A DNA stretch of 64,000 bases, from the NCBI GenBank assembly GCA_977018835.1, contig OZ361259.1:2914001-2978000 (forward strand). Direction: 5' to 3'. The position numbers and the translations under genes are program-made. Below are positions 31,903 through 43,061 of this stretch, piece after piece (the first letter of the stretch is position 1; each line of letters starts with the position of its first letter). This stretch comes from Minutocellus sp. GHC0000111. Its lineage: Eukaryota. The notes below the pieces were generated by a model. It was not told the origin of the DNA and ran no database searches. It worked only from the letters and a program-made list of their open reading frames with translations.

Positions 31903-33483
31903 ATGCTCTCTATAGATCTACAATCCTTGCCGGGGGGTAGTATTGGAGCCGCGACCTCTGTAGCTGTTGGCACGTTAACACTCGTACTGATCTTCCTTCG
32001 TCGGAGACGAGCATGTCATCATCATCACAGCGTTGGCGCCCAATCCCAGACCACGATTCCACAGGCACGGGGAGGGAGCGCAGTGATTGGCCACGCTTTG
32101 GCATGCAAGACGAATCCTGCGTCGTTTCTACTTCGGCAGGTCCACACCGTTGGTTCCATTTTTCGCATCAACTTGGCCGGCAGACGGATGGTGGTGCTTT
32201 GTGGCGGGGCCAGTGATGATGAAATGCAACAAGTCAAAATGGCCATGACATTGCCCGAAAGACAATTATCAGCTCGGGATGCAGTGGCTGATATTGGATT
32301 TGAATACACTCTGGGAAGGGCTAATGTTTATGAAGGCACAGATTTCCATAAGCGCCTGATCAAGGATCACTTGAACAAGGCTGACGCGACCATTCCTCTC
32401 CTCTTTTCGGCAATAAAAGATGCCTATCGATTGGAAATTGACAAGCACATTGATAAGGATGCTCAGGGCGACGACGACAGCAAGTTGATGGTTAAGGATT
32501 TATTTGCCCTTGTTCGGAGATGTACCATCAGGGCTGTTGTTTCCGTCTTTCTTGGCAGTTCATTGTTGGAGTCAACGGATGCTTTCCTCGATGATTTCAT
32601 GATTTTGCAAGATGATATTGAAGAGGCGACTGCTGCCGCAGCAGTCCTCCCAAAGTTCATAAGTTCACTGCTTATTTTACGCCCAGTGGAAAAATCCAGG
32701 ATCAGATTTCAGAAAGATATTGCCCAACGGATAGTGGATGCATGGAAGAAGCCTGAGAAGCAGCAGGGACCATGGCTGAAAGAATTTCGTTCTCAAGGCG
32801 TCAGTGTGGATAAGGCGGCAGAATTTGTCGTTGGTTTGCTCTTTGCTGCGCACAAGAACCCTGCGATTGGATCAGCACAGTCGTATCTTTACCTCATGTT
32901 GGAGGGGACAGACCATGAGAGATTGGAGGTGCAGAAAGAATCGGCTGCGTTTCTCGCCAAACCCACGAGTAAGACATTGGAAGGCAAATGCAATCACCTT
33001 CGACGGTGCTGTTTGGAAACGCTGAGATTGACTGCCCATGCCCTAGGTGCCGTTCGGACTGCTCGCGAGGAAATACCTCTCGGTAAATGTCCAATAGCGA
33101 TGGCACCAAACAATGGCGACGTCAATAGTTCTAGAGAAGTCACAATATGTCCTGGCGAAGTCATTGCAGTATCACACATCGCCCCAAATCTCAATACAAG
33201 CTTGTGGGGAGAGGATGCAAAAAAGTATCATCCAAATCGAAAGGAATGGACCAACAATGATGAGTATCCAAGTGACTACAAATTTTCCACCTTTTCTCAG
33301 GGACTCCATAGATGCCCAGGACAAAAGGTGGCCCTCTACATCATGCAAATTAATCTGGCCATCCTCGCCAGAGTCTATTCGATCGAGTTTGTTGGTAAGG
33401 TGCCGAGCATCAGCTTCGAACGGGCCACACTGGCCCAGAGAGATGGAAATGTTTGCGTTCGAATTGGTCCTGTTGCTAGCTAG
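31903..33483 (+). CDS. Cytochrome P450, atypical I-helix
   Basis: N-terminal anchor, ETLR (ExxR), YHPNR (PERF-like), heme motif FSQGLHRCPG (Cys codon 33313). I-helix reads GLLFAAHKNPAIG. Confidence 0.93.
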   Translation: MLSIDLQSLPGGSIGAATSVAVGTLTLVLIFLRRRRACHHHHSVGAQSQTTIPQARGGSAVIGHALACKTNPASFLLRQVHTVGSIFRINLAGRRMVVLCGGASDDEMQQVKMAMTLPERQLSARDAVADIGFEYTLGRANVYEGTDFHKRLIKDHLNKADATIPLLFSAIKDAYRLEIDKHIDKDAQGDDDSKLMVKDLFALVRRCTIRAVVSVFLGSSLLESTDAFLDDFMILQDDIEEATAAAAVLPKFISSLLILRPVEKSRIRFQKDIAQRIVDAWKKPEKQQGPWLKEFRSQGVSVDKAAEFVVGLLFAAHKNPAIGSAQSYLYLMLEGTDHERLEVQKESAAFLAKPTSKTLEGKCNHLRRCCLETLRLTAHALGAVRTAREEIPLGKCPIAMAPNNGDVNSSREVTICPGEVIAVSHIAPNLNTSLWGEDAKKYHPNRKEWTNNDEYPSDYKFSTFSQGLHRCPGQKVALYIMQINLAILARVYSIEFVGKVPSISFERATLAQRDGNVCVRIGPVAS

Positions 33484-33844
33484 TTACATGTAGAGTTATT
33501 TTAAAAGGTAAAGGGTGCATCTGTCTCTACTGGTATAAGGTGCTAGCTAGGAATACGTAGTTACATGTAGATCTACCTACACATGTTCCCGGTATTACAT
33601 TGTAGATCTGGATTATTATTATACGTGTACATGTAATGTATATAAAATCAGGTTCCCGAGTAGATCTAAACGTACAGCATAGATATCTAGGAATTCCTAC
33701 AGGCATTTCGATGTACCTAGGTACGTGCTGCTAGCATGTATGGTGCACTTGCCGAGGTAGCCAAGATTTCTACCGGTACATGTACTTGTGTACTACCGGT
33801 CGATAGTAGCAGGAGGATTCCTCAACCTCAGGAGGTGTCACTCC

Positions 33845-33872
33845 CAGCAGCAGCAGCAACAGCAGCAGCAGC
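33845..33872 (+). repeat. Imperfect (CAG)n microsatellite
   Basis: cagcagcagcagcaacagcagcagcagc. Confidence 0.8.
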
Positions 33873-34740
33873 ACCGATCGGCGAGTTGCGCGGTGCGCAG
33901 CACAAATGTTTACACTCCCTTGTTCGATATTTGGACTAAAACTGGAAATATTGGTTTAGGAATTTTCGTCTGTCCGTCATTCTGTAATATACATACATTT
34001 ATACAGATCTGAAAAAGCATAATGCTCACGCGAGCCGGCCTCACCTTCGACCCTTCGCCGAAATCTGCTTTTCGCGATCAGTAAGGCGAGACAGGAGGAG
34101 TTGAGCTTGTTTCTCAGTGTTACTGGCGATCCAACTGAAACGTTCCAACGCCAAGTTCCTCCTCTCCCACCTCTCGTACCTTGCCACATTTGGATGCACC
34201 GAGACTTCCTCTCACAATTTGCTTCTTTCGATCCGACGAATTGATTCCGAATCGTCGTATCTTTTGAATTGTTCGAAGGAACCTCTACATTGGAATATCC
34301 AATTTGTTTGTCGGTGTGTTCGTGGGGTGTCAGCCATCTGAACAATTTAGTCTTCTCGTCGGCATTCCTGCAGTTTGCGATCCATTCAATCGTACGATTC
34401 ATCTCAAAAGAACCAAACTCTCTCACGTTCGAATCGAAGAGACCTTCCAATCCAAGTCCACTCTTCAAGACGTAAGTCAAGTGTTCTGTGATACACTCTT
34501 ATCTCCTCTCGCTTGTGATTGTATTGGTCGGAACGACGTTTGCTCCTACACCGTATCCATCACCAGCCCATACGCACATAATCTCATCGCCACATTTCGA
34601 CATTTTCGGCCAATTCCTCGCCCATCGCTATTTCCAATATCTGGAAACACCTGGCCACCCAATCTTGTTTACCAACAGATTGTTTATCTTTGATTGATAT
34701 TGAATCGTATCCATCAGATCAGTACCACACCACCAACATC

Positions 34741-37700
34741 ATGAGCGAGTTCGAGAAGCGCCAAGACGAGGGCCCCGGCAGCCGGTCAGGGGGACACTTT
34801 GTACCTCCGCCGCCGTCGTCTCATGGTGGCATGTACCACCACCACCCAGCTCCTCACCATGGTGGTCATCCCCACATGAGCAGCGGCCCCCATCCCACGG
34901 CGTCCTTCTCGCCGGGGACCAGCCACCACCAAAAGATGAAGCACTCGATGCCCCCCAACGGCGTCCCGCCCGTCACTCCGCCCCACATGCCCTCCCAGCA
35001 GCATCATCTGCGCCAGGCTCCCAGCTCGGCCTCGTCGCAGTACATGTCGCCCCAGCATTATGGCCCTCCTCCTCACGGCTACCACCATCCTCCCCACCAT
35101 GGTGGTCACCATCACCAGCAGTACCATCACCCCTCTGGTCCTGGTGGTCATGGACCAGCTCCCGGTACCTTCATGCCTCCCTACAGCCAGCATCCCATCC
35201 AGCATCATGAGGCTCGTGGTCATCATCATCGCCACGGACCTCACGTTAGCCAATCGGGATCTGGTTCCCTTGGCGAGGTGCAGCCCACTCCCAAGACGCC
35301 CAAGCTGGACGTGATTGACGAGAAGGGCCCCAACGCTGGCGGTGGAGAGGCTGAGGCTTCTGCGGCGCCTCCCTCGACCTTTGCCGACTTTGAGCCACCC
35401 CGTGATGACTCAGCCTCCACTGAAGGAGGAGGAAATGGCGACAAGAAGAGGCAGAGCGACGCTGCTGCCGCCAAGGGAAGCGACAGCCTCACAGCCCCAA
35501 ACAGTCCTGATACCAAGAAGCAGCGCACTCTGGCCCCCAGTGCCTCCAAGGATGCCGCGACTCTGTCTCCGACCCTCACCTTCGCTTCGAGGTGCGACTC
35601 CTTCCGCGGTGCCATCGCCGGTACCGGCGTCGGTCTGCCCACCGGCATGTCCTTCGGTATGTCTGGTCAGGACTCGCAGATCCTGCAGTCCTGGTCGGCT
35701 GGATCCCTCATCGGCCGTCCCAACTCTCCCGGCGACATTCAGGTCTGCTTCGATGGTTGGAATCCCAACAGCGGCGCCTCTGCCAGTGGCAGCGGTGCCA
35801 ATGGAGGCTCCAGTCGCTCCCCTCCCGGCCCTCAGGGTATGAGCGGCCGCTCGTGGGAGGAGCCCATCCCTCTGGGTTCGGCTTCGATGATGGAGTTCGA
35901 CAAGGCCAACGCCGCTGCAAGTGCCAGTAGTACCAACGGTACCAACAAGGACCAGCCTCTCAAGAATCAGGGTTCCTTTGGCCCTCCTCCGCCTCCTCTC
36001 GGCCAGGGTTTCCACCGTGGAATGGGTATGAGCGGCGAGTTCCACCCTCCCGGTGGCCACTACGGCAAGCCCGCTCCTCAGCAGCACCAGCAGTCCTACC
36101 CTGGGGCTCCCGGCTGGTCTCCCAGCTTCCCCTCTCCTCATGGGCATGGGCACAGCATGGAACGTCGCGATGAGATGGGCCACCTGTCGTCTCCCCGCGG
36201 TGGCTGGGCTCAGGAATACGCCCCTCCTCGCACCGGATCGTACGGGTACCCTCATCACAGTCCTCATACGACGGCGTATCCTCCCATGCACGGAGTTCCT
36301 GGTCCTATGGATGACTCCAGGAGAGATCCTTCGGCTCCCTACATGATGGGCCCCTCTCATCAGCACCATCATGCCAACTTCGGCGGCAACGGCAGGTTCG
36401 CTATCCACTCGCACGCAGGGCAGCTCCGTAATCCCGAGGGTGTCCTCCTTCTTGCCATGCCCGACGATCGTATCTCGCTGTCTGAGACTCTGTGCGTCGT
36501 TCGTGAGAACGTTGAAGTATTCTGCGCCACCGAGGCCGACGTCAAGGCTCCTGCTCCTGGCCGTAAGAGGCCCGTCACCGTTGGACAGATCGGTCTTCGC
36601 TGCATCCATTGCCGGAACGCCACCAACCCCGGCGATCGTGTCAAGCGCGCCGTCTGCTTTCCTTCGAGTCTCAAGCGGATCTACCGTACCGTCATCGACA
36701 TGAAGCTCGACCACTTCAAGGCCTGCCGTTACGTTCCCCAGGAGCTCAAGACGAAGCTTGCCGAGCTGAAGCAGACCAACGGCCGCAGTACTGGCACCAC
36801 CATGCAGTACTTTGTCGGTGCAGCCAAGAAGATGGGCATGATCGATGGTCCCAACGGCAATGGCGTCCGTTATGATCCCAGTCTGGTCATGACTGGCCCG
36901 CCGCTTCCTCCTCCGGCCCTCATCCAGCAGGACAGCCGCAGTCCTGGTCAGCCCCCCCGCCCCGAGTACCGCCCTCGATCCAACACCAACAACACCCTGG
37001 CTCTGACCGACTCCCACATGTCCTTCGATCGGCAGATCGGCATGACCAATTCGGCTGGAAGCGCTGCCGGATATCCGCCCCATCCGTATGCTCACCACCA
37101 GATGCCCGTCATGCATCATGGTGTTGGAGGTGCTCCCATGTTCCTCAGTGGATCTGGATCGCTGTCGATGGGCTCATTTGGGGCCGGTGAAATCAAGAAG
37201 CAGTCCAGTGACGACTACAGCGTTGATAGCAGCGCCGAGTTCTTTACTGGCCAGGTGTCTCTGTCGATGCCTGAGGACAAGACCGCCCTCAGCCCCCTCC
37301 GCTGCTTCTTGCGTGAGAACGTCATTGCCTTCAGCGCCACCAAGGAGGACATTGCCGTCCGCACGCCCACCACCTTCGCCGTCGTCGAGGGCCAGGTCGG
37401 TATCGGCTGCGTCCACTGCTACAAGCTCCCCGCGAAGCAGAGGTCCAACCGTGCCGTCTGCTTCCCCTTCTCCGTCGGTCGTATCTACCAGAGCGTTGCC
37501 GATATCCAGCGCTTCCACTTGAACGATTGCAAGATGGTCCCTCCGGAGGTCAGGGAGAAGTTCGTTGCCCACCAGAAGGCGAGTACCAAGGGTTCCAAGG
37601 GTCTTGCCACCAGGCAATACTGGGTCTCCTCCGCCAAGAAGCTTGGTCTCGCGGATACCAAGAAGGGCATCCGATTCATTCGCGATCCCGGTGCCCCAGC

Positions 37701-38379
37701 CGAGCAGCCAGCGTCCCTCGACGTCCTGGCTCAGGTCGCCTCCGACGTCAACACTGCCAGCAAGCCCTTGGTCTTCCCCGAGGACAAGCCCACTATCGCC
37801 GAGTTCCTCTACGTCGTCATGGAGCAGCTTCAGCCCTGCCGCTTCACCGAGGCCGACCGCAACAAGCGCCGCCTCAAGAATATGGGCAGCATCGGCGTCG
37901 AATGCAAGCATTGTGCCGGCAAGATCGACGGTCGCAAGTTCTTCTGGTCTTCCGTCAACGCCGTCGAATCCAACTTCGTCTCGGTCCACACCCACATGAT
38001 GGAGTGCAAGTTCATCCCCCAGGAGCTCAAGGATGAGCTCGCTGAGCTCAAGCTTCTTCGGAAGGAGCAGACATCGAGGCTCAAGGTTGGTTCTCAGAAG
38101 GCTTTCTTCAACACTGTCTGGGAGCGCCTCCATGCCAACGAGGAGGAGCAGAAAAAGGAAGCTGCTGCCGCTGTCAAGGAGGAAGGAGAGGCCCAGAAGC
38201 CATCGGCCGAGGAGATGACTCCTGCTACTCCCAACCAGCCTCAAGATATTGCCGCCCCATTGGATCACCGGGCGACCTCACTTGCTATGCCTGATCTCAA
38301 CAATAGTCCCGTTGCTCCCGGTGCTCACAGCACGGAGGGAGAACTCACGGGCGAAGCAAAAAATATTTGTTCCATTTAG
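34741..38379 (+). CDS. His/Pro-rich disordered protein with three copies of a CxxC...H..C domain (putative nuclear regulator)
   Basis: 1212 aa from ATG 34741. Three ~130-140-aa repeats P(D/E)D...(RE)..(V)F.AT..D...GQ(I/V)G..C(I/V/K)HC...RAVCFP.S...IY...H...C..(V/I)P. Strong C-ending codon bias. Confidence 0.88.
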   Translation: MSEFEKRQDEGPGSRSGGHFVPPPPSSHGGMYHHHPAPHHGGHPHMSSGPHPTASFSPGTSHHQKMKHSMPPNGVPPVTPPHMPSQQHHLRQAPSSASSQYMSPQHYGPPPHGYHHPPHHGGHHHQQYHHPSGPGGHGPAPGTFMPPYSQHPIQHHEARGHHHRHGPHVSQSGSGSLGEVQPTPKTPKLDVIDEKGPNAGGGEAEASAAPPSTFADFEPPRDDSASTEGGGNGDKKRQSDAAAAKGSDSLTAPNSPDTKKQRTLAPSASKDAATLSPTLTFASRCDSFRGAIAGTGVGLPTGMSFGMSGQDSQILQSWSAGSLIGRPNSPGDIQVCFDGWNPNSGASASGSGANGGSSRSPPGPQGMSGRSWEEPIPLGSASMMEFDKANAAASASSTNGTNKDQPLKNQGSFGPPPPPLGQGFHRGMGMSGEFHPPGGHYGKPAPQQHQQSYPGAPGWSPSFPSPHGHGHSMERRDEMGHLSSPRGGWAQEYAPPRTGSYGYPHHSPHTTAYPPMHGVPGPMDDSRRDPSAPYMMGPSHQHHHANFGGNGRFAIHSHAGQLRNPEGVLLLAMPDDRISLSETLCVVRENVEVFCATEADVKAPAPGRKRPVTVGQIGLRCIHCRNATNPGDRVKRAVCFPSSLKRIYRTVIDMKLDHFKACRYVPQELKTKLAELKQTNGRSTGTTMQYFVGAAKKMGMIDGPNGNGVRYDPSLVMTGPPLPPPALIQQDSRSPGQPPRPEYRPRSNTNNTLALTDSHMSFDRQIGMTNSAGSAAGYPPHPYAHHQMPVMHHGVGGAPMFLSGSGSLSMGSFGAGEIKKQSSDDYSVDSSAEFFTGQVSLSMPEDKTALSPLRCFLRENVIAFSATKEDIAVRTPTTFAVVEGQVGIGCVHCYKLPAKQRSNRAVCFPFSVGRIYQSVADIQRFHLNDCKMVPPEVREKFVAHQKASTKGSKGLATRQYWVSSAKKLGLADTKKGIRFIRDPGAPAEQPASLDVLAQVASDVNTASKPLVFPEDKPTIAEFLYVVMEQLQPCRFTEADRNKRRLKNMGSIGVECKHCAGKIDGRKFFWSSVNAVESNFVSVHTHMMECKFIPQELKDELAELKLLRKEQTSRLKVGSQKAFFNTVWERLHANEEEQKKEAAAAVKEEGEAQKPSAEEMTPATPNQPQDIAAPLDHRATSLAMPDLNNSPVAPGAHSTEGELTGEAKNICSI

Positions 38380-38856
38380 AGAATTGGAACCAAGCTATTT
38401 ACTTTTTACTCTATATGTTTGACACTGTGATTAAAATACGCATTAGAAAGAAGACGAAATAAGAACGATAAATAAATACATAGTAAAGAAAGAATTAGGG
38501 AAAAACAATTGCAATTACAATTTCTTATTACGTAGGTGAGACTTCTATTTTGAATGGGATGATTCTCCTGGTTCGGCTCGTTTATTCAACATGCTTTGCT
38601 TTCGCTCACGCTCGAGATGTCCACGGAAAAAGCACGAGGCTACCTCTTCCGTCCATTTTATGGACGCACTGAGGCGCTGAGCGGTCTTGGCAATCATCCT
38701 CGTGCCTGTTTTCTTGGCGCTTCTAAAAAAATGTGGCGATCCACATCGTGCCCTAACCATTGATTTTCTCTCTTTCTTATCGAAAACCTCCCCCAGTACT
38801 AGACTAGTAGGATACCCCGCCATCACTACTGTCATACTCTGCTACGTAAGTTTACA

Positions 38857-41800
38857 CTAAACCTCAATCATTAGATTTCCATCCTTATCCTGCTTGGCGC
38901 AAAGCGCACCGCCAAAGAGGGGCTCACATGGTTTATCATTCCATTCTCGGGATTCAGGATCTTTCACCTTTGCAAAGGCATCAATTGCAGCCCATGCCTC
39001 CAGGGTCTGCCTGTCCCAGCTGTAATGCATGGCGACCGTGCCGTTGTCCACTCGTGCAAAAGGGGCGAGATTGACCTGTCTGGATAGGACGGTCTTGCTG
39101 AGTGCCGGAAAGAGCTCCCTGTCTAGAGCGTCCATCTCTAGATTCAGCTTACGGTACACATCCTTGGAATCCATGCGGCCCTTGTCGTAGTCCGTGAGCT
39201 GACTTGACATGTGCGCCGCAATCTAAAGGGTTTTGCAGTCGAGGGAGTAGAGAAGGGGTGAGTATCTATCAAGCGAGTGCTTGCACGAGGAAAAGACAAA
39301 GGCCTTAAAAATTCATTGATACAGATAGATTGATAAAGACTCTTGTGCTCACAACATCCTCGCATCCTGCCGGCTTCGGAAAAAGGCGTCGGCACAACTC
39401 TTGAGCACTGTGCTGGAGGCAAGTAATGTTACGGACGTTGCTGGATCTGTCGCCAATACCTATTGCAGGGCATGAGGACTCGGCACTGCCACCGGGCACA
39501 ACGAGTGGGTTCCAGTACTCGATTTCGTGCGGATTGCCAAAGAGAGTGATGGCACCCATGTCGATCCCTTCCAACGCCCTTCGTCGAGTGCAGGTAACGT
39601 TGGCAGTTTCAGGGTCCGACTCAGAACAAATCTTGTCGAGAATCTCATAATGAATAGGTTGTCGTACTATCGGATGGTGCTTACGGGCTGCCTCCTTTCC
39701 CCACTTGATCACAGCGTCTGCCGCTTCCTGCCCTTCATAAATATACAAGTGTGGGAGACGACCATCATCTACAGGCTCGATGAACATGGTGAAAAAGACG
39801 CCGATGAAGCAAACTGTATACAAATAGACGACAGGCACAACGCCCGGAGGAAGCTTCTTCTTCCATTCGATCAGCCTCAGGACCAGTCTCACCAAAAGAA
39901 GAGCAAATCCTAAAAGCATTGGCCCCATCAAGGGATGCTCGACGACAAAGGCAACGGTATCATCCTGGAGCAAAGATGCGACGCCTCCACCAAGAGTAGA
40001 TTCTGCAAAAGACGAAAGATATTGAACCCCAGCAAATTTGCGGGCGCATGTCTCATTGCCGAAGCGGGCATAGTCCAATATACTGATGTTGTGCATACTG
40101 TAAACGACTGCTCTGCTCCTCGAGCAGTGGACGTCACTGTCCTTGCAAATTGCATGGAAAGCTTCCGCCTGATCTTCCATCGAAAGGTTGAGTTCCAGCC
40201 TCTTACGATAGAGAACGTCAATGACCTCCTCGTCTTCCGGTATCGTCAGGGCAAAGGATTCACTCCCCATGGTGAAATTATCGGATCGAAATTGGATAGC
40301 TTCCTGACGATTGCATTCAATGCCATCAATCGCACACAACTGTGCCAGCACGAGCTTGATGTCCCAAGACCTGGCAAAGAGCCCGTGGCGAGAGAAGAAT
40401 CCATACAGCGCATCGATTGGTTCCTGTCTCAACATGAGCTCAAATACTCCAACATGATTCCCATCGGGACCTGTGAGCGGAATTGACTTGATGAGTGGAG
40501 CTAAACGACGGCAGGCGATGCCGTCGGTATCGTTGCAAATGTCGGCAATACGTCCAAGGACGTAATCTTCGTCACTGTCATCATCGCTGCTGTTGCTGCC
40601 ACTACTACTATCGTCGCCACCGCCACTGTCAATCAAACCAATCTCTCTGGCCCACTGGTAAATGGCATCGGCAGGCTCTTGGTTCTCCTGGATGATGATA
40701 TGACCGATGGCAGTGCCATTGGTATGGACAATGTCTCGATCGACAACATTGGCAACGAGACGACTGCATTTGACTCTCACATTAGAACATGCCTGTTGAA
40801 AGAGGTAGTTTCGTAGACCGTTGCGATCCAGCGGGATGGTAAACTCCCGAAGGAAACGATGCGCCGCATCGGCAACCTCCTCATCCTCCAGCACCGATAT
40901 TGATCCCAGAGTATTGCCATTGCCATCATCTATCGTCTTGCGCCACACAATAGGCCGAGTGCGATTGCACGGCAGCTCCGGACACACTATATCCATGATG
41001 GTATCCCGATGCTCCACATCGAGTCCGTGGACCTGCACAAAGTGATCAACTGTATCGATGGGTTCCTCGTTGCGCAGGACAGCAAACGACCCCAGATTTT
41101 TGCCGGTGGCCGATGCAATGGATTGGCTCTGATACACAATGGGCTGCACCCTCTCACAGCGAGTCGCAACACACATCTTAGGGACCACCGTATCGTACAT
41201 TGCATCAAAGTCCGCGTCGCTTCCATGCTGAATCGTCCACTCGTACAGAGCATCGATGGGTTCTATCCCATCATCGTACAGATGAAAAGGAGGGATCGAC
41301 GAAGTCGTATTGATAATGGTGTTGTTGTGATCGCCCGCAGAAGTCGAAAAGATCCGAGCGAGTTCACGGGAATATACCACGCCCTCTCGCTTCGCCACTT
41401 CCATGACTCGAAGTCTCTCCTCTCGAGATACATCATGCGGACGGAGGGTATGGTAGATGACGTCGGCTACCTCCTCACCCTCCAGCAGGGTAATTTCCAC
41501 CTCCTGATCGTCATCATCATGGTTGTCATTGCTGCCATGACCGGAATCACCCGAGCTTTGGAATCGAATCTTCTTCCGCCACACGACGGGTACCGTCCGG
41601 GTACATTCCACAACCGCACAGGCCTCGACCAACAGAGCGTTGCGGTAGCCAAGAGGCAGTCCATGCACAGTTACAAACTCATGAGCAGCATCGGCAGGCT
41701 CCACATTCTCGAGGATGGCAAACGTGGTAGTGGTGTGGTTGGTATCAGTGTCATCGGAAGATGGCACCATCACCTCGGTCTGGAACACGACGGCTTCTCT

Positions 41801-42031
41801 ACGGTTGCAGGTATTGGTCGAACAAATGCCATCGAGCAATTCTTCATGCTGCTCTTCACTCAAGCCATGTTCCGCGACGAAATGGTAGATCGTATCTGCT
41901 GGTTCGTCACCCGCAGTAAGGGTGAGGTTGCCAACGAAGGTGCCGTCGTGAATGTCAATCGGCAAAGTGGTGGTGGTGGTGGCTGCGGCGGCACTGGCCG
42001 CCAGGAGGACGCCAATCAACAACAACAGCAT
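38857..42031 (-). CDS. Secreted/membrane protein with about 10 Cys-containing ~80-aa repeats; exons 42031-39353 and 39222-38857
   Basis: Signal peptide MLLLLIGVLLAASAAA. Repeats E(P/V)(A/I)D...F...HGL...(I/A)C....C.R. Two TM segments. Intron gtgagc...ttag (39352-39223) joins CEDV|IAAHMSSQ in frame. Confidence 0.85.
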
Positions 42032-42150
42032 CTCGAATGGTCTGAACTAAAGTGGCCTCGCCTCTGCTGATGATTTTTCAAACTGCAGGAGGCTCGAAAT
42101 TAGGAAATAAATCACCTTTTGAAAAATACCCCAAAAATCGGCACATTCTT

Positions 42151-42807
42151 CTACCGCCTTGGCGGTCCAAAGAAGGCTCCGACAATCTGCTCGGCAGGAC
42201 TTAGAGCTGGTAGCTCTACTATCTCCCCTCCACCCATCATCCCATCAGCAGCACCTCCACCACCGATAATGCTACCCGAGTTCAATGCCCTATTGATGGA
42301 GAGATACAAGTCAACATCAAAGTCAACGAAGGGGTTGGTTGACAGGGAATACAATGTGGCCACGCCCAACGTCGCTGCGACTACCGACAGGGCCACCAAC
42401 AACCCTGCCTCGCCGAACAGCATGTCGTCACTGCTACTGCTCTTGTCAGGGTCGTTATCACCCCCACCGCTGCTTGTCACGAATACTGCAACACGTGCAT
42501 TTCTTCTCGGAGATGGGTGCCCTGCCGATACCGATAGGAAGGAGGCACAGTCTCCGAAGCAACGAGGGACGTGATTGTTGTTGCCGACCCCAAGGGAACC
42601 ACCACCACCATCATTGCCGGCGGTGACCCATCGACCATGGTCCCTCTTGTGCCGGGTACGAGTAGTCCGTGTTGCGTGGGGGTAGAACGCTTGTGCGCTG
42701 CCGATCAGCAGCTGGAACAAGCAGAGGACCACCAACAGCTTGGATATCGCAGCACCAAGCATGGGCCTGTGGAGAGCAGGGCGGCAGCAACCCAGGAGCA
42801 ACGTCAT
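42151..42807 (-). CDS. Hypothetical single-TM protein with probable bipartite (plastid) targeting peptide
   Basis: Hydrophobic signal ending SAQA|FYP followed by an R/T-rich transit-like stretch. One TM helix. C-terminal LSPAEQIVGAFFGPP. The start may be the ATG at 42762. Confidence 0.65.
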   Translation of the reverse strand: MTLLLGCCRPALHRPMLGAAISKLLVVLCLFQLLIGSAQAFYPHATRTTRTRHKRDHGRWVTAGNDGGGGSLGVGNNNHVPRCFGDCASFLSVSAGHPSPRRNARVAVFVTSSGGGDNDPDKSSSSDDMLFGEAGLLVALSVVAATLGVATLYSLSTNPFVDFDVDLYLSINRALNSGSIIGGGGAADGMMGGGEIVELPALSPAEQIVGAFFGPPRR

Positions 42808-43061
42808 CGTTGCTATCGAAGCGGCAATGGGCGCTCGGACTGCGCACCCGCTCGTTGATCTGATGATGGTATTTTGACATCAGCGAAAGTTCGGCACGCA
42901 CCCAGAAGCCGCAAAACGGCATCAGACGGCCAGACCGACCACACTTTTTACCAATGCGCCGACCAAACCGCTAACTTGCGTTGCCAGTGCTACGAGTAGG
43001 ATTGATATTGCCGGAGGAATTACGACTCGATTTGCCATTCGCACATTGAAACACCGTCGAA

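Noticed and set aside
33977..34480. 167-aa minus-strand ORF upstream of the triple-domain gene
   Set aside because: Non-ATG start and no family motifs. More likely promoter or 5'UTR of the plus-strand gene.
35410..38268. Long antisense ORFs (569 aa and 364 aa) opposite the triple-domain gene
   Set aside because: Explained by strong sense-strand codon bias removing antisense stops. No recognisable motifs.
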